45,834 nucleotides of DNA from Azolla caroliniana (taxonomy: Eukaryota > Plantae > Polypodiophyta), in contig JBHGNT010000243.1 in the NCBI GenBank assembly GCA_043228905.1, positions 1 through 45,834 on the forward strand. The letters run 5' to 3'. Within the stretch, counting starts at the first letter, position 1. Every line of letters begins with the position of its first letter. Shown one piece after another: positions 36,969 to 45,834 of this stretch. Under the pieces are notes generated by a model that was given only the letters and a program-made list of their open reading frames with translations, searched no databases and was not told the origin of the DNA. A program made the translations under genes and the position numbers.

Positions 36969-39199
36969 TTCAATGTACTTGGGGTGGTAATTCATTCGTG
37001 ATGTATGTGTATATATGTTGCTAATTGTGAGGTTTCTATATTTTTCAAGTACCCTTTTCTTTTGACAATAAGTCTTGTCAAAGATCATCATATCCAAGAC
37101 ATTCAATGATGTATGCCATTTACTTAAATACTTGTCTATGGGTATTTGACTTCTAAAAGAAATACATATTTGTTTAACTAGCATGTTGCCTTGTTTGGGT
37201 CTCTATAATTTGGAAATGTTTTTGTTATTTTAACAATTATAGATTTTGTAAATGCCCAACATACACGAACATTTTATTGATTAAAGTAGATGTGTTTGTG
37301 AGTACATGATTATTAAACCATATCAAACATATTAGCTATGGTTGAACTTTACATGCTCGTGTTCTTCAATCCATTTAAGATGAATACATAACGTGCTATG
37401 ATCCAATCACGAAACAAAATTGTTTATGATGAGACTTTCCTTGTCCATCGCTTTCTAGTTTGTGACAAAATTTTTGGTGGCTTTTCCATTGATAGCAAAT
37501 TCATGAGTAACCCATTCCACTTTTTGAGACACGATCAAAAAGTTGCCTCAAAGTTTGCAAGTGAAATAGTTTGAGACCAACAAAGTGGTAATAGTGGTGT
37601 CTAGTAGAATATGAAGAGGGAGACGGTGAAGCCATTGTGATATGCTAGTTATTTCCTTGGGTCCCACACATGGGGGCTACACATTGATCCCCAACCCTTT
37701 GTGCAATGTGCCAATATCATATCACAACTACCTTAGCCTCCTCCCTCTAAGAATTGTTTTCATCCTAGGAACCAAATCCAATGAATTCGTGGAAAACTAC
37801 ATTGATACCATATTAGGAACTTATGATGAATATTGCAACATTTTATGCACTCATATGTTCCATACCGTACTTTAAACTTTATGGAATTAAAAACTTTATC
37901 TTGTGCACTCATTTTCCATTGGAGAAAAATTGTGCATGCAATTGATTTGGAACCATATGTAATGCTTCTTTAAATGGCTGAATTGAATAATTTTGAAGTT
38001 TGCTTTTGTTTTGACAATGAAAAATTTGTGAAAAGCCCAACCTAATCAAGCATTGAAATAATTAATTATATGTGGTCATGAATATTGGATTCCTTAATTA
38101 TATACATATTTAAAATTAATTATGTGTGTTCTAACTTCTAAAGTTATAACGTGAGCACATAGCTATAATTCTAAATAGACTTTGTGTGGAAAATCTCCAT
38201 TGCAACAATTGCCAAAAATAAGTGCCATTACCATTATTTGTAAACAAGCATGAATTTTAATGATTAACATATCATATTTGATTGCATGTGGTCATCAAAT
38301 CATAAAACCTAAAGTAAAATTAGATAGTGGCTTTGTGAAGGGGAAATATCATGTTGTAATCAAGTGACGAAAAAGATAGTGTGGATGACAATAAAAACGT
38401 AGATGTCATTGGGTAGAAAATTCAACTAAGTTTGGAACTTTCGTATTTAAGTCATTCACGCAAATTAATTTGAGAGATTAATATTCCAAACCTACTAATT
38501 AAAATCCAATGTAAATTTGTCATGTTTACAAACAACTAATGAAGTTGATGACTATAACTACAAATATTTCTAATCACCCCTATAATAGTTTATTAGTTTG
38601 CATGTTATGTTACAAAAACATTTCAACAACGGGCCAAGGGAAAGTACATTGTAACATAGCAATATCTCTACATTTGTGCGCGTGTTGGGGCATACATCAT
38701 ATAAGAAGGACGTATTTTTTAAATGATCTTTACATGTTGCATTCTTTGAAATGCCGAATATTTTATGTCTTTTAGCCAAGTGTGCTTCCACCTGCCTCAA
38801 AGATCAACTACTAAGGTATAATCACATTTCCAACTACAATAAAAGTTCCTTTCAAGGGAGAATACATAATAGTCTTTGTAACTTCCGGTAAGATATTTTT
38901 CCAATAGTACGAGAATTTTGCTCAAGATCATGATACTACATTGAGCAATACCTGTAATCATGCATATGTTTGTGGAATCTTATTGCTCCTAGAAATTAAG
39001 GACTCAACATTCCTTATATCCCAAAGTTTAGAGTGCATGCTTTGCGTATATGTTTATGTCCTTACCTTCCTTGATACACACCTAAAGGTTGAATGTTGAC
39101 GAAGATAATGATACAAGCCAATGGGGAAAGACAATGAATATCGTTTCCTTCCTTTTTATAGATACCCTTCCAATTAGTACATATGGCTAGGTTTGCACA

Positions 39200-39530
39200 T
39201 TTATGCTAAAAGCATCACAACAATGTGCAAGGTTGTTTCTTGGATGTCATTATTCAAAACTTTTTCTAATGAACGCTTCAAGTAAGAGTACACATTGTGA
39301 TCACAAGAGAAATATTTTTGTAATGGATAGGTTTGGATTGACAATGTGGGGAATGCAAACTCATCGCATATCAATGAAGGTGGAGTATCATAGAAGTGAG
39401 ATATACTTGGGAACTTGTCAGGGACAAATATTGAAGCAATGTGTGGATGATAGATAAATGGATGAGCTCTAACATGTATTGATGAACATGATTTACCTAT
39501 ATTGAGAAGATAGTTATTTGCAGTTTGGTG
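39200..39530 (+). mobile_element. Decayed Copia RNase H remnant
   Basis: 'AYQ*RWSIIEVRYTWELVRDK' resembles 'YH.RTKHIEVRYHFIRELV.D'. Confidence 0.4.
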
Positions 39531-40374
39531 CAACATTAGCAATGTATGCATGAATAGGAGTCTTCATGTCTTTCCTAAACTATGATACATTGGTGTTGTG
39601 GAAAGCCACATTCACGAATAAATGCATATGAATTGTCCTGAAATGCGATGCAACCCATTTTTCAAACCGTTTCGTCTCATATTCCATCCACTAAGAACCC
39701 TTCTGAATCAATTGAGAGAGAGAGAGAGAGTTTACAAGGGACTACAAATCTTTTGTATAATTGATATGTTGAGTCTATTCGATATCATCGAAAGTTGAAC
39801 AATAATGGAAAGTACATAACTTTGATTATGGACAATGGCACATCTAAAATTGTTGTTGGCATTTTAAATTGTCACTTGTAGTGAAGGGCTTTTGGAGAGT
39901 TTTGATTGGGGGTTTTCTTTGGGGTTAGCACTACTGTGACATGGATTAACAACAAGCAATTGCTTCTTTTGCACTATTCAAATGGAAGATGGTACTCATT
40001 GTTTCATAGAATGTCCGATTGCTTCTCATATGTCATTTCTCAAAATTGGCAAGTTATTTCACAATGTTATTTGATGCCAAGACATTGGGTGCTTGCACAA
40101 TTCACACGGGTCGACCCAAAATAAGAGATGGATATCATTTTCCTATTTATGAGGTACCAGGGATTGCATCGTGATCGGGACATGCGCGAAGCTTTTATGT
40201 TTGATGATAGACCTATCTAATCTGTCCTCAATGGAGTGTTCATCTTGACTAATGGCAATTCGAAATGGTCCACTACCTGTATAGTTAGCGGGCGACCATA
40301 CTTCATTGTGACACCCATTGGTAAGTCAGTGTTATTCACACACATTTATTGATATAATAGTGTGTTCTCACCAA

Positions 40375-40405
40375 GATAGATAGATAGATAGATAGATAGA
40401 CAGAT
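40375..40405. repeat. (GATA)n microsatellite
   Basis: Seen directly in the sequence. Confidence 0.9.
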
Positions 40406-40507
40406 AAGAGTTAAAAAAAGAGAGTGAAAAGATGGAAGAAAAGAAGTTGGGTTCAAATCTCACCAAGGCCACACTACCTTAACATACATACAACTCTGCA
40501 GGAGGTA

Positions 40508-43500
40508 ATGGCGCCCGTCAGGATCCTTCTCTGCGGAGACGTGAAGGGGAAAGTTCGCCTCCTCGCCAAACGCGTCTCAGCAGTAAGTTATTTTAGAGCT
40601 CTTCCTTCCCCTTTCCCATTTCATACAAGCAACAAAAATGGCACAAAAGAAAGCAGGCAATAAAACCCTCGAAAAACAAGAATTGAAATGTACGCCTTGA
40701 AAACTGTTTCCTTTCTCCTTTTTATTTGGATCAAGGTTAGAAACCATGTATGCCAACGATGTGTCAGTATCTTTTCTAAGTTGATGACATATGTGATATA
40801 GATAGGTAGATAGATGTATAGGTAAGTATGGTAGATAGTCATATAGTTGTGAAATGACATATGGAAGGTTGGACTCTTTTTTACTGAATTTCATGGCCCA
40901 TAGCGAAAACAAATTAAGCAGATTGATGAAAGGTACTTGTGATACAGAGCTAGGCACTTGTGAAATGACGCACGAAAGGTCAGACTCATGTGTATTAAAG
41001 GTCATGACCTATTGTCAAACTTCAGTAATTTTAAAAAACAGTTGTAATATGCAACACCGTTAGTTGCAGTCAATGATCATCATAGTTAATATCTTACAGA
41101 ACCATCAAGTAGCCAGAAGTTTGGTACTTCTGGTACTTTGATATGCAATGTACAATGATGCTCTAAAATTAGAACTAACCAGATCATAAGCCTTCTGGAA
41201 ATCAAGAAGTCGGAATATAGCGGGAATCTAAAGAAGAGACCTTTGAACATTGTATGGCATCATTGCACGTGATCTCATAATCGAAAATACATATGTTCTG
41301 TATGTGAATCATGATTATTTATAACGTAGAACAACATCAATGTCAAGCAATGACCATCGTAGCTTATGAGCCTTAATCACACTCCAGTAACAGAACTTCA
41401 GTATGCTTGTGATATGTAGTGATGCTGCAAATCAACAATCAGGGTGTAAGCCTTCTGGAAGTGACGAAAAATGATCAGTATAGCCAATTAGGGGGGCTGG
41501 GAACAAACCATGGTATCATCGACAATGACTGTATAATCTAAGATACATAATTTACTTTGATCAATACAAAGCTTAAGGCAGTCCAAAGTGAAAATTTGTG
41601 CACAAAGCATATTGAAGATGCATACAGATTATACTTCACGAACATCATGACATTGCTGATTCCTTTCATGGTTCATACAGAAGTTTGGTCATATTGTGTG
41701 GTTGGATTATTTTGATCCAGGGAGGCCTCCTAGGCACCTGAAAATTGCTGGTATATGCCAACAATGGTTAATTTGGAACAAGAGTTGAGTATGATATCCC
41801 ATGATATCCCATAACCTGCTTGGGGGAAGTCTTGGTTCAAGCCATTTCCTCAGAATAACCTATTTTGGTTCAAGCCATTTGCTGTCTAGGCACAAACTTG
41901 TGTTTGGGGTTTTCCCTTTTGTGAATGTGATATGGGCATCTATTTTCTGTTTGTTAACCTTTTGCTTAGTTTATTGTTGCCATTGCTTTGGTGCTGGCTG
42001 AGTTCTCCACTGCTTCCCATTGTGAATTGTCCATTCTGTGATCTGCCAAGCATCTTCGAAATCCTCTCATGCCCTTGCTGGTTACTTTAAACAGATAATT
42101 CTATTCGTCTTACTGTATATACTGTGTGGTTCCCTGTGTTTGTTGATTCATCTTCTGGGTGCCTTTTATTGGTTTCTGAGATTCTACTTACTCACTCTTT
42201 TTCTTAATGGGAAAGGAAAAGATAGAGCTGTTTGCTCTTTATGTTCTTTGTTTACTCCAGATGTTTTATTTCTTGTCCCCCTTTATTTCCGTATTTTCAT
42301 GTATTATTATTGAGGCTTTTCATACCATTATTTACTTCTGATTATCTGAGAACATCCTGCTTCCCTTATTTTTCTGCAATTACTTCTGATTATCCGCAAG
42401 CTTATTACTACCTGTATTTTCCATTTCCTACTTCTCTGGCCTAGATTCCTGGCGTGCCAGCTAAGACAACCAGGTTTTCTATCTAATGCTGGCTTCTTGT
42501 AGGTTCATTAGACCTTGTCCTGGATCCTGTCAAATTTTGTTGGTGTCAATAGCCTTGGCCTAGGTCGTTATGCATCTTCATGCAGCTCCGTTTTTTACTT
42601 CTGAACCTGGTACTCTGTTTTCTTGAGCATGAACAAGAAGGATTTTGGCCATATGCTTTCTTATGGTACATTTACCAGTCTTGGTCTGTAGGTGTCACTA
42701 TACTTAGTCCTGGTCCCTTATTCATCTTCAGGCAGCCAAGTTCTTTTCTTCTGGACTTGGGAAGCACAGACGACTGAGATTCCTGCCCAATGCATGCTTC
42801 TAGCAGATTCACCAGACTGGGTCCTGGGTCCTTTCAAACACTGTCTGTGTCACCAAACTTGGCCTCAGGCTCTTATGCATCTTCAACAGCTCATTTCTTT
42901 ACGTTAGTCCCCCAAACCTCTCTTTTTCAGGACTTACTTCCTAGTGGTGTGGGTATCTATGGTTCTGTTTATTTGTGTTTGCTTTTTCTACCCACGGCCC
43001 CGAGTATTCACCTATGCCTTGACTTTTCCTGTTTCTTATGGAAGGGTGATTTTTACCCTTCCCAGCCTCCCTCAACCAGATTCTAAATATTTAAACCTTT
43101 AGTTGTACATGTTATCCTTCTGTTCCATAATCATATGGGTCTTAGCTTTAGTATCATGATGTGTGACACAAACATTGTTGCATTGTGAACATTCATCCTG
43201 GTATGCATTTTTGTGGATGCAGTCACAGTTTCAGGGAGGAGCCCGACGATGTTGATCTATGCCAGGGTTGAGCCTAACATCTGGTCCTAATCTATGGTTC
43301 TTATCAGAAAATATTACTCAAGATGATATAGAGGCACATAGGAATCGTATTTTTGAGGTGTCCTTATAAGCGAGGAATCCCATATCTCTGCAATCTTGGT
43401 GTGAATAGTTTAGTATTACTGTCCATTTGTTTGGCAGTAGTTGATTGTCCCCTGAACTTGGCCTGTGCTCTTGTTCCGCATCAACTGTTTTATGGACATG

Positions 43501-44027
43501 CGATTGCATGTCATATACAAAAAATATAATGATTCTATGCAGCTCCAGGATTTGTAGTTATTCTGAAAATATTGTTGTAAATTCCTGCTTAAAGTAACTA
43601 GCAGATAAAGATTCATTATTCCTACATACTTGGAAGCCTTTTCAGTTTTTGAGTGCATAGAATTTCATTTATGCAAATTTGAACTCTTCTGATGATCTCG
43701 ATTGAACTTTTTATGCCAGGTCAGCAAGACAAATGGTCCATTTGATTTATTGTTCTGTGTGGGGCAATTTTTTCCAGACGATGGAAATGACATTGATGAA
43801 ATAACAGAGTTGGTTGAGGGCAAACAAGAACTTCCATTGCCCACTTATTTTGTCGGTGATTATGGTGCAACAGCTGGTGCAATTTTATCATCTGCAAAAT
43901 CAAAATCTACCATGGGAACTGATGGAGTGTCTCTCTGCAAAAGTTTGATTTGGCTCAAGGGCAGTGGCATTTTAAATGTACAAGGTCAATTGTCCTGCAG
44001 TTGCCTCTGGTTGTTAGATGCATAATG

Positions 44028-44072
<45 letters not shown>

Positions 44073-45834
44073 TCAAGGGATAAGTTTGTTACGTGTATGT
44101 CAGCACAAGAATATGTGTGTGTGTCTATATAAATATTTATGTGTATATATTGAAATGTGAAAAATCCTGGCATTTAAACTCATGGTAGGTATTGTGATTT
44201 TTCCAGGTCTTCGTGTTGCATACCTTGCTGGAAAGTATGTGCCTTCATTGTATACAGATGCTGCAGGGGCTCAATATAATGGAATTTACCATGAAGATGA
44301 TGTTGATGCACTTAGGGCTTTTGCAGATGAGCCTAGTATAGTGGATTTATTTCTTTCATATCCTTATCTTCAAATTAAAACACTCATGTTTAGTCTCATT
44401 TGGTGAAAATGATAAAAGTATGTTTATGAAAGTTCTGTTGTATTAATTCCATCCTTGACTCCTGTTACAAATGAATGGCCCAAAGGCATTCTGAATGGGG
44501 TCTCCGAACCTCCAGAATTGAATCCCTCTGCAGTAGGCAGTTCAATTGTAGCGGAACTAGCTGCAGAAATCAAACCTAGGTAAGGCAGCTGACGTTTATT
44601 AAGAACTTCAAAGCTTGGTATGTGTGCAATCTTTTTATATGCAAAACTGATTTTGACTTTACTGATTGGTCTGTTGTATCAACAGAATAGAATCATGTCT
44701 AATATACTTGCGTTTTTTCATTCTTTGTTTTGGTCTTGATGTATTGAGAACTGCAAAGAAGAGAGTGAATCTTTGTGCATGATCAACAACCATACCGTTG
44801 TAACTTGTTCCATGTTCTGACATTTGAGTACCATCCCCAACTAGATCTTGACATCCACCCCCTTCAGCATATGATTAGGGAAAATCTATGATGTTTATCC
44901 ATTGTGTATCTGAGTTTATGTGACATTGTCTAGATACTATAATGAATTAAGCATAGGAATTCTGCAATTAGGATGGTCATTGTAAGGCCTAAGAGACCTC
45001 ATGAACGTATAAGGCAAACAAAGTTGTTGTGTCATATGAGAAAAACCGTGCCTCGCTCCAGTGGTACTACATAGTTCACCAATTTGTCATTTGGACCACT
45101 AATTAAACCCAATTCTCTGTCTGGTATGTTGCACAGAGATGCCAAATCATATCATATTAGTTTTGTAATGTTTGTAGCTTGGGAGGCTTCTTCCCTGTGA
45201 TCTTGTGTGCTCAAACAAACATCAAAGAGGGGAACTGCAAAGCTAAATTAGTTTCTTTAGAGTGTGTAATGGAGTGAGGGGCCATTGAGGAAAGACGGGT
45301 AGAGAGTGTTTGAATGTGCTCACTTCAACGTGTACCCCCCACCCGTTCCTTCAAAAGTAACAAACAAAAACCACAAGGCTACCACTCCATTATCAAGGAA
45401 CTGCCATTATCTAGCAGAGAACTTGTTTTGCTAGAAATTATCCCTGTTTCATTGCTGGAAATTGTGATAAGTAATTGATATCATGCATATTATGTATACA
45501 TTAGGTAATGTTTATAGCTTAGAAGGCTTCTCCCTGTGTTCTCATGTGCTCAATCAAGCCTCAAAGAGGGGAACTATAGAGCCAAACGAATAAGGTATTC
45601 CTGAGGAAAGACTGTGGTAGAAAGTGTCTGAACATGCACACTGTAACTTGTATACACTCACACCCTAACCATGCTACCACTCTACTGGCATGGAATTGTG
45701 AAATTCTAGCAGAAGACTTGATTTCTTCTGAAGACATCCCTGTTTACTTGCTGAAAATTGTGATAAGTAATTGACATCTTGTGTACTCTGTACACATCAG
45801 GTACCATATTGCTGGAACTGAAGCATATTTCTTT
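40508..45834 (+). CDS. CWF19L1: CWF19-like protein 1 / DRN1 (plant zinc finger CCCH protein 64-like), 5' part, runs off the window
   Basis: Exons 40508-40582, 43720-43984, 44207-44357, 44469-44579 and 45801 to the window end, all in phase. Motifs RILLCGDV.G, GPFDLLFCVGQFF, PLPTYFVGDYG, GLRVAYLAG, VDLFLSNEWP, KPRYHIAG. Confidence 0.92.
44029..44070. repeat. (AT)n microsatellite in intron 2
   Basis: Seen directly in the sequence. Confidence 0.95.
44358..44468 (+). other. U12-type (minor spliceosome) AT-AC intron
   Basis: 5' splice site ATATCCTT, branch site TCCTTGAC at 44452-44459, terminal AC at 44467-44468; splicing restores DLFLSNEWP. Confidence 0.93.
45165..45800 (+). repeat. Diverged tandem duplication of the 3' part of intron 4 (45165-45504 and 45505-45800)
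   Basis: Both copies begin gtaatgttt(g/a)tagctt, share tcaaagaggggaact and aaattgtgataagtaattga, and end in taca(t/c)...YAG. Confidence 0.88.

Noticed and set aside
39900-40130. Harbinger-like 'DGTH' motif
   Set aside because: Isolated four-residue match without the surrounding DDE context.
41700-43090. Possible LINE or pseudogene fragment in CWF19L1 intron 1
   Set aside because: Composition differs from the flanks, but no motif, terminus or TSD could be identified by eye.

Overview
Eukaryotic land-plant genomic DNA. It is AT-rich and full of transposons and microsatellites; a fern or other non-seed plant is plausible, but that is inference. Three spliced host genes can be built by hand. 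The first is a NUP1/NUP136-type FG nucleoporin (minus strand, 5 exons, about 1292 aa). The second is an At5g01610-like DUF538 gene (plus strand, 3 exons, 173 aa). The third is the 5' part of a CWF19L1/DRN1 (C3H64-like) gene (plus strand), which contains an AT-AC U12-type intron. The rest is a nested transposon landscape: several decayed Ty1/Copia elements (one full-length, with both LTRs, PBS, PPT and an ATCCT TSD), LINE fragments, a Mutator-like element with a 9-bp TSD and a small TIR element. The most unusual object is an 811-bp TGTCG...CGACA solo-LTR-like insert. It carries two back-to-back tRNA-like A-box/B-box cassettes placed symmetrically around a CATGCA hairpin. Other oddities are a duplication-created AG|GT candidate recursive splice site, a charged pol extension between duplicated PPTs, and recurrent tandem duplications inside retroelements.
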